Positions 27,590 through 37,771 of a stretch of 64,000 bases of DNA are shown here, one piece after another. Made by a program: the position numbers and the translations under genes. The notes below the pieces were generated by a model. That model ran no database searches. It was not told where the DNA came from and saw nothing but the letters and a program-made list of their open reading frames with translations. The DNA is taken from the IMG/VR virus record IMGVR_UViG_3300042975_000104. One strand, written 5' to 3'. Each line of letters opens with the position of its first letter. The stretch's first letter is position 1. Source of the stretch: an uncultured virus (IMG/VR IMGVR_UViG_3300042975_000104) (lineage: Duplodnaviria > Heunggongvirae > Uroviricota > Caudoviricetes).

Positions 27590-28162
27590 TTATTCAAAAT
27601 TCTTCAGTCGGGTCTTTAGCTTCAGCAAAATCCGGTGCTTGCGTTTATTAACACCTTTCTGGCTCATGCCGATGACCCGTCCAATTTCGGCTTCACTATG
27701 GTTGGTGCCATACATTTCCATAATCGTGCGGTCAATTTCTTCCAACCCGTCCAGTACCTTGTGCAGTTCGTCAATCAGCATTTTCTTCATAACATCCGCC
27801 TCAAGGTCGGAAGTATCAGCAACTTCGTATTCCGTATTATTGAATAATTCGTCCAAGGAAACCGGCCTTTTCTGCCACTCCTTACACCTTTCCTTATTTG
27901 AAACATCATCCACCTTGCAGGATACCGTCTTGCTCAAACGCTGTTCACGCTTGTTCTCCCGCCAAAGCGGACGCATATAGGCTTTGTACTGTTCTTCCAA
28001 TACGGGAACCATAATAACTTTCTTCAGTTTATTTCCAATTTTCGTCCAAACTACATCCGCCGGATCAATGCCGAAATCCCGGATGGTTTCCGGTGTTACC
28101 TCCATGGGAATGTAATACTGCCTGTTTTCGCTGTTTGTCTGTAAATTTACTCTTGTTTTCAT
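27590..28162 (-). CDS. Sigma-70 region 4-containing (ECF-like) phage sigma factor
   Basis: VSLDEL, L..LEEIDRTI, SEAEIGRVIGMSQKGVNKRKHRIL HTH. Confidence 0.82.
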   Translation of the reverse strand: MKTRVNLQTNSENRQYYIPMEVTPETIRDFGIDPADVVWTKIGNKLKKVIMVPVLEEQYKAYMRPLWRENKREQRLSKTVSCKVDDVSNKERCKEWQKRPVSLDELFNNTEYEVADTSDLEADVMKKMLIDELHKVLDGLEEIDRTIMEMYGTNHSEAEIGRVIGMSQKGVNKRKHRILLKLKTRLKNFE

Positions 28163-28204
28163 GTTATTCCCTCCATAGGTTCTGCTGTTACCTATCAGCG
28201 GAGG

Positions 28205-28244
28205 AAAAAAGAAGGGGTCTGCATACGATGTATGCAGACCCCTT
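28205..28244 (-). terminator. Strong intrinsic terminator in the leader of the sigma-like gene
   Basis: Perfect 15-bp stem AAGGGGTCTGCATAC, 3-nt loop, then CTTTTTT. Confidence 0.75.
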
Positions 28245-28650
28245 GAATGCCAAAATGAGCGCACTAAAGAAAGGTGGATACATCGAAGCTCCCTATTCGG
28301 CTTTTATTGCCGCATAGGAAATCGATCTTTGTACCCCCCGCCTCATGGCCATCTCAGCGTGAGATTTTTTTCGTCAGATTTCTTCTGACATGTCCAGTAT
28401 ATAATGATTTTTAAAAATCCCTAAATCTTGGCGAGTTAGAGAAAAAGCCCTGTTTTACGCACTTCTTCGAATATCAAAGCGGCAAAACAGGGCTATGTCA
28501 AAGATGTTATTAACTTGGCAAGTTAGTGAATTTTTCAGAAGTGCAAAACGATTATAATTGAGCAGATAAAAAGCACTTCAAAAGTAGTTCTAATTGTAAT
28601 TACATCGTGATATAATATTAATATTGGGTTTTATAATTAGGAGGTGCCAT

Positions 28651-28860
28651 ATGAGCGAGATAAAGAAAAGCATTAATCCGATGGAGCATTACAATATGTC
28701 CGACCTTCTTCGGGGGCAAGCATCGAAAATAATTACTTCTATTTCAGAAAACGATACTGCAGCTTTTATCTTGAAAAACGGTAAACCAATGGCTGTCGTT
28801 ATTTCTAACGACAGATATGAACGTCTGCTCAAGGCAGGCATTGATATTAATGAGATTTAA
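28651..28860 (+). CDS. Phd/YefM-family antitoxin-like DNA-binding protein (no adjacent toxin)
   Basis: MSDLLRGQASKII...FILKNGKPMAVVIS..Y; AGGAGG RBS; TG-TATAAT promoter upstream. Confidence 0.85.
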   Translation: MSEIKKSINPMEHYNMSDLLRGQASKIITSISENDTAAFILKNGKPMAVVISNDRYERLLKAGIDINEI

Positions 28861-28879
28861 GCAGCGGAGGAATTAAGAT

Positions 28880-31048
28880 ATGGCTACTCAAAAAATAACT
28901 GAAGTAATGATGGATGATAAGACCATTGATGCTTCCAAAGAAATAGCAATGGTTTTTTCTATCGCGAATACGCTTCGCGGTCCATATAAACCGGAACGAT
29001 ATAAGGATGTCATTATCCCTATGATTATTCTTCGTCGATTTGAATGTGCATTGGCTGACACTAAAGCTGCAGTTGTTGCATCTTTTAAGAAAAATCCGTC
29101 TGAACCGGCTCAACGTCTTTGCAAGAAGTCTGGGTATCAATTTTACAACACCTGTGAATTTGACCTGAAAAAACTGCTGACCGAAGCGCCCGCTATAGCA
29201 GAAAACTTGACTTTCTATATCGAGTCGTTTTCACCTAATGTTCAAGCTATCTTTGAAGAACTGAAATTTAAGGAAGAAATCAAGAATCTCGATAAGAATA
29301 ACCGTCTGCTCGGTGTCGTGAAAAAGTTTTCCGAGCTTGACCTGAATCCTGCTACTGTAGACGGACATAAAATGGGTTATATGTTTGAAGAGATAATCCG
29401 TAGATTTTCTGAAAACGCTGAAGCAGGCGACCACTATACGCCGAGAGAAGTGATTCGGCTTCTCACAAGCGTTCTTCTCGCCGAGGGATGCAGTGACGTC
29501 TTTAGCGAAGGGCGCGAAATTACCACCCTTGATATGGCGTGCGGAACTGGCGGTATGCTTTCAACTGCACACGATTTTATTGTTCGCATGAATCCCGATG
29601 CCAATGTTCGTCTGTTTGGGCAGGAAAATAATCCAGAATCTCATGCTATCTGTCTTGCGGATATGCTTATAAAAAATCAGGCAGCAGAAAACATACGCTT
29701 TGCAGATACCATGAAAGAAGACTGCTTCAAAAACACCTCAATGCGATTTGTAATAGTCAACCCACCTTTTGGCGAATCTTGGGGTGGAAAAGATGCCGGT
29801 GACGGTGTTGAAAAGGCCGTCCGCGACGAATACAAAAAAGGAAAAGATGGACGCTTCCCGGCAGGACTTCCTGCAACCGGCGATATGCAGCTTCTTTTCA
29901 TGCAGCACGCCGTAGCAAAAATGCAAAAGAAAATCGGACGCGCTGCGATCATATCCAACGGCTCGCCGCTGTTCTCAGGCAACACAACAAGCGGAGAAAG
30001 CCAAATAAGACGTTACCTCTTAGATAACGACCTTGTTGAAGCAATCATCGGGCTCCCTTCCCAGCTTTTCTACAACACCGATATTGCCATATATACTTTT
30101 ATCCTATCTAAAGGCAAGCGTAAAGAGCGCAAAGGAAAAGTGCAATTCATCGATGCTACGGATATGTGGACCCCATTAAAGCGTTCGCTTGGCAAAAAAC
30201 GTAGAGAAATATCTCGTGAACAAATCGCTTTAATCACTGAGATGTATTCGGATTTTGTTTCCTGCAAAAAAACACAATGGTGCGAAAAGCGGAAGTGTGA
30301 TTGCAAAATAGAGTCTCGCATATTTGACCGAGATGAATTTATGTATAAAGAATGGTCTGTATATCAGCCATTACAGCGACGTGGCGAGATTAGCGAAGAG
30401 TCTATCGAAGCCTTACGCACAAGTGCATATTTTACGGCAAACACAAACATTTTCAGTGAATCTAAACTAGAAGAACTCGAAGAGACCAACCCTCGCAGTG
30501 CATCCGATGAAAAAGCATACAAAAAACAACTCGCCGGGCGCAAGTTCACCGAGGCGGTAATTGCCGCACTAAAGACACATGAGGCTGAAAAAGTATACAC
30601 AGACTTTGGCAAATTCGAAGCAGCCTTGAAGAAAGTCCTCTCTGATGTTGAACGGATAACTGCTTCGCGTCTTTTCAACATCGCTATCGAAATGTCTGTC
30701 ATTGACAAGACTGCGGTAGTCCAAAAAGACCGCAAGGGCAAAATCATCCCCGATCCGACCACAAAGGACACCGAGATAATCCCCTTGAATCAGGATGTAG
30801 ATGAATACATGAAGGCTGAGGTTCTTCCGCATATTCCTGATGCACTGTATTTCTATGAGTACGACCCGAAAAAAGCCACCACCGCCGCAAATAAAGAAAG
30901 ACTGGGAGCAGAGTTCCCGTTTACCCGCTATTTCTATGAGTACCATGAACCGGAGCCTGCTGATGACCTGTTGGCACAATTTATGAAGTTAGAGAGTTCG
31001 CTGACATCAAAGATTGCGGAACTGCAGAAAGATGCGGGTACAAAATGA
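28880..31048 (+). CDS. hsdM: Type I RM methyltransferase subunit
   Basis: AGDHYTPREV, DMACGTGGML, NPPF, LFYNTDI. Confidence 0.95.
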   Translation: MATQKITEVMMDDKTIDASKEIAMVFSIANTLRGPYKPERYKDVIIPMIILRRFECALADTKAAVVASFKKNPSEPAQRLCKKSGYQFYNTCEFDLKKLLTEAPAIAENLTFYIESFSPNVQAIFEELKFKEEIKNLDKNNRLLGVVKKFSELDLNPATVDGHKMGYMFEEIIRRFSENAEAGDHYTPREVIRLLTSVLLAEGCSDVFSEGREITTLDMACGTGGMLSTAHDFIVRMNPDANVRLFGQENNPESHAICLADMLIKNQAAENIRFADTMKEDCFKNTSMRFVIVNPPFGESWGGKDAGDGVEKAVRDEYKKGKDGRFPAGLPATGDMQLLFMQHAVAKMQKKIGRAAIISNGSPLFSGNTTSGESQIRRYLLDNDLVEAIIGLPSQLFYNTDIAIYTFILSKGKRKERKGKVQFIDATDMWTPLKRSLGKKRREISREQIALITEMYSDFVSCKKTQWCEKRKCDCKIESRIFDRDEFMYKEWSVYQPLQRRGEISEESIEALRTSAYFTANTNIFSESKLEELEETNPRSASDEKAYKKQLAGRKFTEAVIAALKTHEAEKVYTDFGKFEAALKKVLSDVERITASRLFNIAIEMSVIDKTAVVQKDRKGKIIPDPTTKDTEIIPLNQDVDEYMKAEVLPHIPDALYFYEYDPKKATTAANKERLGAEFPFTRYFYEYHEPEPADDLLAQFMKLESSLTSKIAELQKDAGTK

Positions 31049-32397
31049 GTCAGGGAATGAAGGCCAGTGGAATCAAATGGATCGGGGACATACCGGATTC
31101 ATGGCAGACCAATCGAATAAAGTATATGGCAACCCTAAAAGGGCGTATTGGTTGGCAGGGCTTAACCTCTGAGGAATACCAAGATGATGGTGCTTACCTC
31201 ATCACGGGTGTCGACTTTAACAATGGCGGTATTGATTGGGAAAACTGTGTCCATGTACCGATGAAGCGCTGGGAAGAAGCCCGTGATATTCAGATAAAAA
31301 ATGGGGATCTCCTTATAACGAAGGATGGTACCATCGGTAAAGTCGCAATTGTATCCGATATGCCGGGTGAAACATCCCTTAACAGCGGCGTTCTTCGTAT
31401 TATGCCAATCGATGGCTATAATTGTAGGTATTTGTTTTGGGTACTTCAATCAGAGGTGTTTTGGAACTGGTTTAACTTTAAAAATGCTGGAAACAGCACC
31501 ATTGTCCATCTCTATCAAGGTGATTTTGCCGAATTCATTTATGCATTTCCAGAGCGTGCCGCGCAGGAGAAAATCGCCGATTTCCTCGATGTGCATTGTG
31601 CAAAGCTAGACAGCATTATTGCTGACATAGAAAAGCAGATTGAAACCCTACAGAAATACAAAAAATCCCTCATCACTGAAACGGTGACAAAGGGTCTGGA
31701 TATAACTGTGCCTATGAAGGATAGCGGTATTTCATGGATTGGTCAAATCCCGAGAAATTGGGGAATAAGCAAAATAAAGTATTTAATAGATTCAAACCAC
31801 CCATACCCAATTGGTGATGGAGATCACGGAATGATAAAGGCGGATGATTATCTTACAGATGGCATCCCATATATACGGGTATTGAACCTAACATGGGGAA
31901 ATGGTTTGAGCATGAAGAATATTGTGTATATCTCCGAATCCATGAATGCAATAATTAAAAACAGCACATTAAGGCCTAATGACATACTAATAGCCAAGAC
32001 TGGTGCTACAATTGGAAAAACTGCAATAGTTCCTGAAACCTTACCAATAAGTAATACTACATCCCATGTTGGCAAAATAACTTTGCCAGTTACCCACGAT
32101 GCAAAATACTTTTATTATGTAGCAACATCATCTGTTGTACAAAAACAAATTGAAGATATGTCAGCAATGCAAAGCACGCGTCCAGAGTTGGGTATCGAAG
32201 GGCTGAAGAACCTGATTGTAGTAGTGCCGCCCTTGGATATTCAAAGAAGAATTTCCAGTTATTTGGATTGCCGTTGCTCTGAAATCGATGAAATAATTAT
32301 AATTAAGAAGAGACAGCTCTTATCCATGCAGGAACATAAGAAATCAATAATATTTGAATATGTCACAGGGAAAAAACGCATGAAGGAGGCCCAATAA
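31045..32397 (+). CDS. hsdS: Type I RM specificity subunit
   Basis: Two MKxSGIxWIGxIPxxW conserved repeats each followed by a TRD; EYVTGK end. Confidence 0.95.
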   Translation: MSQGMKASGIKWIGDIPDSWQTNRIKYMATLKGRIGWQGLTSEEYQDDGAYLITGVDFNNGGIDWENCVHVPMKRWEEARDIQIKNGDLLITKDGTIGKVAIVSDMPGETSLNSGVLRIMPIDGYNCRYLFWVLQSEVFWNWFNFKNAGNSTIVHLYQGDFAEFIYAFPERAAQEKIADFLDVHCAKLDSIIADIEKQIETLQKYKKSLITETVTKGLDITVPMKDSGISWIGQIPRNWGISKIKYLIDSNHPYPIGDGDHGMIKADDYLTDGIPYIRVLNLTWGNGLSMKNIVYISESMNAIIKNSTLRPNDILIAKTGATIGKTAIVPETLPISNTTSHVGKITLPVTHDAKYFYYVATSSVVQKQIEDMSAMQSTRPELGIEGLKNLIVVVPPLDIQRRISSYLDCRCSEIDEIIIIKKRQLLSMQEHKKSIIFEYVTGKKRMKEAQ

Positions 32398-32398
32398 T

Positions 32399-35300
32399 AT
32401 GCCTATCAAAGCTGACCAGTTAAAAGAAAAAGAAGACTACCAAAAACTCATCATGGAGCGTCTCAGTGATGACAATGGTTTTCGTATCCGCCCCAACACG
32501 GCATACAAGGCAGGCCTTGCTATGGATACAGAAATGCTTCTCGAATTTCTAGAATCAACGCAGCACGATACGATGGAGCAGCTCCGCCGCATGTACAAAG
32601 ACCACACAAACGACACGGTCATAAACTACATCAACTCCGAAATAAACAAAGAAAGTCGTGGCTTGATTGATGTTATCAAACATGGCGTGGAGTTTGACAA
32701 CGGCGCAACGCTCATTCTAATGTATCGAAAGCCGGACAGCACCATCAACACGTCGGCTGTGGCAAACTATCAGAAAAACATCTTCTCAGTCATGGAAGAG
32801 GTATATCACAAAGCTGATGAGCGTATCGACCTCGTACTCTTCCTAAATGGTCTTGCTATTTTCACTATCGAATTGAAGTGCAACACCTCCGGGCAAAACT
32901 ACAAAGATGCCATCAAGCAATATAAAGAACAAAGAGACGGGTCCACCAGGCTTTTCAAAGCGAAGGTTGGCGTATTCGCTGCTTTTGCTATGGATTTGAA
33001 CGAGGTGTATTACACTACAGAGTTAAAAGGAACTGACACCTTCTTCAATCCATTCAATATCGGCGATAATTTCGGCAAGGGAAATCCACACAACGATATC
33101 AGCGGAATCAATGTTTCTTATATGTGGGAAGAAATCTGGAATAAGGACAAAATACTCTTCCTTATTGAGCGCTTCATCTATATCAAGAAAAAAGAACGCA
33201 AGGACTCTGACACTGGAAAGGTAAAGAAAACGAAGGAATTGATTTTCCCGCGTTTTCATCAGCTCCGTGCTGTTGAGCGTGTCATGGCGGATGTTTGCCT
33301 AAACCACACAAGCTGTAACTATCTTATCGAGCACTCCGCCGGCAGTGGCAAAACCGAGACCATATCATGGCTCGCCCACATCCTTGCAACTGTTCACGAT
33401 ACTGAGAACAATAACATTTTCGATACCGTGCTCATCATTACAGACCGCATCGTTGTTGACCGCCAGCTACAAGAAGCTATTCTTGGCATCGAGCATAAAA
33501 GCGGACAGGTCAAGGTCATGGATGACACTTGTTCGTCGGAAGACTTGGCATTCGCACTTGGTGGGAATACGAAAATCATTGTCACAACGATTCACAAGTT
33601 TTATTACATACTCAACAACAACTTACTCGGTAACCTCAAAAACAAGAAATTTGCCGTCATGATTGACGAGGCCCACTCTTCTACGGAAGGCGTGTATATG
33701 CAATCCGTCACACAAGTTTTAACAAACGAAGATGCGGAAGAAGAAGGAAAAACCGAAGAAGATAAAATGGTCGAGGAAATCCAGAGAAGCGGCAAGCAAA
33801 GCAATGTTTCCATGATTGCCTTTACCGCAACTCCAAAGCCGGACACATTACAGCTCTTTGGCACCTTAAATGCTGATGGAAAAAAAGAATCTTTTGACCT
33901 TTACTCCATGAAGCAGGCCATAGAAGAAGGTTATATCCTGAATATACTTGAAAACTATGTGACTTGGGAAACGTACTGTCACCTGAACAAAGCCATCGAG
34001 GATGACCCGGAACTTCGCTCGATTACGGCAAAACGCAAAATGGCTCGTTTCATTGACCTTCATGATACAAATATTGCCCAAAAGGTCGAAGTGATTATCG
34101 AGCACTTCCGTGCCAATGTTGCCGGCTGTCTTGGTGGTAAAGCAAAGGCGATGGTCATCACTTCATCCCGCCCTGCTGCTGTCAAATACAGGCAAGAGTT
34201 TGAGCGATATATCCAGGAGCATGGTTATACTGGAATCAAAGCTCTTGTTGCATTTTCCGGCAAGGTCAAGCTGGGTGACGAGGAATACACCGAGGTTGGG
34301 ATGAATGACATCAAGGAGGAAGAACTCCGCTTTGAGTTTGATCGGAACTGCTATCAGGTGCTTATCGTTGCGGATAAGTATCAGACTGGCTTTGACCAGC
34401 CGAAGCTTGTTGCTATGTATGTCGATAAACGACTGAAAGGCGTGGCGGCAGTTCAGACATTGTCCCGCTTGAACAGAATTTGTCTGCCCTATAATAAGAC
34501 AACCTTTGTTCTGGATTTCAAAAACAGTTATACAGACATCAAGGCTGCGTTCGAGCCTTATTACAAGGATACCATTCTGTTCGAAACAATATCACCATCC
34601 GACATTCGAGAATTGGATAAAGATCTTGATGAATACGATTTTCTGAGTGTAGCCGACATCGAAGAGTTCAATATGTATCTTTACCAGCCGGTTCGCTCCT
34701 CCAAAGTCAAACAGCGTATGTGGGCGCTCCTTGACACTGCATTGCGTAATATTGTTGGCCGACCTGAAAAGGCGCAAATGGAAATCAAGATAACAATGCG
34801 ACGTTTCTTGAAAGGTTACCGCTTCTTAATTCAAGCCACTGCCTATGAAAATCTTGATTTCCACAAAAGGTATAATTTTCTATCCTACCTCATTAAAGAA
34901 CTAAATCCCGGTGGATGCGGAAACAACTTCGATATTGCTGATAAAATAACAGTCAGTGATTTCCGTCAGAAGCAAATGGAAGAACATACCGGGAATGACA
35001 TAGAGGCGAAGCCTGAAGTCAAACTCAAAAAACCAAAACCGGCCAGTATAGAGGATGAACAAAAAAAGCTACTATCTCAGATTATCGATGAGGTTAATGC
35101 TCTTTACGATAAAGAGTACGAGCCGGATTTCACTACGAAGGCCGCCATGCAGATTCGAGACCTTCTTTTGAAAAACCTTACCTTTAAAGACCGGCTTGAA
35201 AAAAGTGCAAAAAACAACACGCTTAATGAGTTTAAGTTCACATATGATGATTGCGTTCAGGATGCACTGGTAGAAGGCTATGACCAAAATGTTGATTTTT

Positions 35301-35401
35301 ACACGCTCCTTCTCAGTAATCCAGAAATTCGCGCAAAGTTTGCAAATGTGTTTATGAGTGAGATATATCGTATTCTAAGAGGAGAAGCTCCTAACGAATA
35401 A
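32399..35401 (+). CDS. hsdR: Type I RM restriction subunit
   Basis: IDLVLFLNG..IELK, HSAGSGKT, DEAH, FTATP, QTGFDQP, QTLSRLNR. Confidence 0.95.
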   Translation: MPIKADQLKEKEDYQKLIMERLSDDNGFRIRPNTAYKAGLAMDTEMLLEFLESTQHDTMEQLRRMYKDHTNDTVINYINSEINKESRGLIDVIKHGVEFDNGATLILMYRKPDSTINTSAVANYQKNIFSVMEEVYHKADERIDLVLFLNGLAIFTIELKCNTSGQNYKDAIKQYKEQRDGSTRLFKAKVGVFAAFAMDLNEVYYTTELKGTDTFFNPFNIGDNFGKGNPHNDISGINVSYMWEEIWNKDKILFLIERFIYIKKKERKDSDTGKVKKTKELIFPRFHQLRAVERVMADVCLNHTSCNYLIEHSAGSGKTETISWLAHILATVHDTENNNIFDTVLIITDRIVVDRQLQEAILGIEHKSGQVKVMDDTCSSEDLAFALGGNTKIIVTTIHKFYYILNNNLLGNLKNKKFAVMIDEAHSSTEGVYMQSVTQVLTNEDAEEEGKTEEDKMVEEIQRSGKQSNVSMIAFTATPKPDTLQLFGTLNADGKKESFDLYSMKQAIEEGYILNILENYVTWETYCHLNKAIEDDPELRSITAKRKMARFIDLHDTNIAQKVEVIIEHFRANVAGCLGGKAKAMVITSSRPAAVKYRQEFERYIQEHGYTGIKALVAFSGKVKLGDEEYTEVGMNDIKEEELRFEFDRNCYQVLIVADKYQTGFDQPKLVAMYVDKRLKGVAAVQTLSRLNRICLPYNKTTFVLDFKNSYTDIKAAFEPYYKDTILFETISPSDIRELDKDLDEYDFLSVADIEEFNMYLYQPVRSSKVKQRMWALLDTALRNIVGRPEKAQMEIKITMRRFLKGYRFLIQATAYENLDFHKRYNFLSYLIKELNPGGCGNNFDIADKITVSDFRQKQMEEHTGNDIEAKPEVKLKKPKPASIEDEQKKLLSQIIDEVNALYDKEYEPDFTTKAAMQIRDLLLKNLTFKDRLEKSAKNNTLNEFKFTYDDCVQDALVEGYDQNVDFYTLLLSNPEIRAKFANVFMSEIYRILRGEAPNE

Positions 35402-35410
35402 CTATGAAAG

Positions 35411-36913
35411 GTGGTGGCTAAGCAAATCATGACTTCATACAATCCATTTATGAAATATATTCCTGATTTGGACGCCGAAGCTGAGAAGTTTCTGTGTGCC
35501 TACGGGTGTGAGGATGCCATTACCACACCTATGCCCGTTCCCATATGGGATATTGCAAATCGGATGTCTCTTGATGTTATTCAGACCGAATGCCTATCAT
35601 ATGATGACAGTGTACAAGGAGCAATTGCATTTAGTGATGGTATCATTGATGTATACGACTGGAACTCACAGGAGTTTATTGGGTACGAAGTTCACGCTGG
35701 TCTTGTTTTTATCGACGCAACAATAGGCAATGTAGGCCGGATTCGGAATACACTGGCTCATGAGTGCTTTCACTGGTATAAGCACAGGCACTACTTCAAT
35801 TACAATCGATTCCATAACAACGGACAAGAATTCGCCTTTCGCTGTGAAAAAAGTAAAGTAAATGCCTCAAATCAAACTTCTATTAAAACAGATATTGAAA
35901 CGATGGAATGGCAAGCTAAAATGATGGCTCCGCGAATTTTGATGCCAAAGAAAGCTGCAAAAATCTTACTCACCAATTTAATTAAAGGGTCAGAGAGCTT
36001 TGTAAATCGGGCAGAAGCTGCTGAACTCATGGTCACAAAATTTGCTAACACTTTTAATGTATCTCGCCAATCAGCAGCCATCAGAATGCTTCAGCTCGGT
36101 TTTACGGATGCAGAGCCTCTCTGCTCATATGATACAACAGAGAGTGATTTTGCCAATGGAGCAAAATACAAATCACAAGCCCAAATGCACCGCACCCCTA
36201 TTGATCTATTTACCGCATTTGAAATCTATCGTGAGAATGAACTGTTACGAGAATCGCTGCATACTGGTGCTTTCCTATTTGCAGATGGATATTTCGTAAT
36301 AAATGATAGTCGATATGTATCTTCTTCAAATGATCAACAAGCACATCTGACTGCCTATGCAAAAACACATCTAGCGGAATGCACACTTGATTTTTCCGTG
36401 AAGTTAGTCAATACGTCGTTAATGCGTTCCACAAAAACATTACTGTACAGGCATGATGCTGAGTTCCAGAAAGAAGCCGTTTTTGACGCAAACACACAAA
36501 ACACCGAACTTTTCAACAAGGCAAAGGATTTTGAAAATAAACTAAAACGGTCACAGTCTACTCATAAAACCTCAACAAAGTGGTTATGGGAGCGTATGCA
36601 AGAAGAACATTGGAATTCTTCAACTTTTCAAGAAAACACAAAGCTTGACGCTATTAACTATACACGAGTTCAAAAACCGGAACACAAGTTCAAGATGGGT
36701 GCGCTTGTTGCAATGGGTGTGGGGTTGCGCTTAACACCTACCGAAATGGATGAGATATTGTCATTAACCGGATTAGCTTTCGACCCGAATGACAAGGAAC
36801 AGCAAGCCTATGCGTATCTGTTTTCTGGCTACGCCGGACGAAGCATAGACGATTGTAATGAGTTTTTACGGGAAATTGACGTTACAGAGCTTGGAAGCCA
36901 ACAAAGATTATAA
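35411..36913 (+). CDS. ImmA/IrrE-family metallopeptidase with C-terminal HTH-like extension
   Basis: RNTLAHECFHW, MEWQA...APRILMP, FNVSRQSAAIRM. Confidence 0.88.
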   Translation: MVAKQIMTSYNPFMKYIPDLDAEAEKFLCAYGCEDAITTPMPVPIWDIANRMSLDVIQTECLSYDDSVQGAIAFSDGIIDVYDWNSQEFIGYEVHAGLVFIDATIGNVGRIRNTLAHECFHWYKHRHYFNYNRFHNNGQEFAFRCEKSKVNASNQTSIKTDIETMEWQAKMMAPRILMPKKAAKILLTNLIKGSESFVNRAEAAELMVTKFANTFNVSRQSAAIRMLQLGFTDAEPLCSYDTTESDFANGAKYKSQAQMHRTPIDLFTAFEIYRENELLRESLHTGAFLFADGYFVINDSRYVSSSNDQQAHLTAYAKTHLAECTLDFSVKLVNTSLMRSTKTLLYRHDAEFQKEAVFDANTQNTELFNKAKDFENKLKRSQSTHKTSTKWLWERMQEEHWNSSTFQENTKLDAINYTRVQKPEHKFKMGALVAMGVGLRLTPTEMDEILSLTGLAFDPNDKEQQAYAYLFSGYAGRSIDDCNEFLREIDVTELGSQQRL

Positions 36914-37116
36914 AAGATTGAATAGCAAATAATCTATATTCTTACAAATACATACTTGCAATCGTTAATGCCGTATGCATTTCTTATATTACATGTCGAT
37001 TATTATTTATCATATCCAACCAATTCAAGGCATAAAAAAAAGAACCAGCTCATTGAGCCAGTTCACAAACTCCCCATATCTGATGCATTCTTCTGCTATG
37101 CACACTTTTTGTTGTT

Positions 37117-37168
37117 TTGTATCAATCCCAACGTCATTACGTCCAATCCTACCCCGTAATTGATACAA
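37117..37168. other. Candidate serine-recombinase att junction
   Basis: TTGTATCAAT-N32-ATTGATACAA perfect inverted arms in the intergenic gap between the two elements. Confidence 0.45.
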
Positions 37169-37635
37169 TGCAACGATAACCCGGATTTTGCACACCCCCG
37201 TGTGCAAAATAAGATATCATAAAAACATATTGAAATTCGAGTCGTTTTCTGATGGATATACCTGACACTCTTTCATCCAAATATACATTAACAAATTGTC
37301 AATTCTTTTTTTGTTATCGGTTCTTTAAAATGCTGAATCTGTAATTCAAAGCTCCTCCATCTGCGCATCCCCATATGTACTGACCTGGGGCAATATGCAA
37401 CAACCCAAAGATGTCAATGAGCAGTTTCACTTCCCTTATATTTGACGGGAACGATTTCAACTGTCTGATTGACAAAAAACACTTTACAAATACGTTCCTT
37501 TTCCTCTTCACGGTGTTGTTTTGTCCTTCTTCTTTTTTCTAGTTTCCTGAATTTTAGGCATTTTTCAATAGGTATCGTCTCCTTTCTGATATGATATTTA
37601 TAAAATTACACGTTAATAAAAATATTAAATAATAT

Positions 37636-37688
37636 AAAGGAACAGAGTTCTCTACAAATGATATTGTAAAGCACCCTGTTCCTTTTTA
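37636..37688. terminator. Hairpin terminator downstream of flavodoxin gene
   Basis: AAAGGAACAG...CTGTTCCTTT inverted repeat with T-tracts. Confidence 0.6.
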
Positions 37689-37771
37689 CTAATATTACAA
37701 AATTTTTATTTAACTAAATGGCACATCTGCTACCAAATGCATGAATAGTAATTGTTCCTTCCATCTTCGGA

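Larger units (their letters stand above)
1..37170 (-). mobile_element. Integrative prophage-like element 1 (head/packaging + replication, no tail genes); left end outside window, right end approximate
   Basis: Contiguous recombinase, lysis, head, packaging and replication modules on the minus strand followed by a divergent RM/ImmA operon; right boundary inferred from the inverted repeat at 37117-37168. Confidence 0.75.

Noticed and set aside
31045..32397. Phase-variable hsdS
   Set aside because: Single hsdS, with no silent TRD copies, flanking inverted repeats or simple-sequence tract
36956..37560. Short ORFs in the AT-rich junction
   Set aside because: No recognisable motifs or convincing starts; treated as intergenic or decayed sequence
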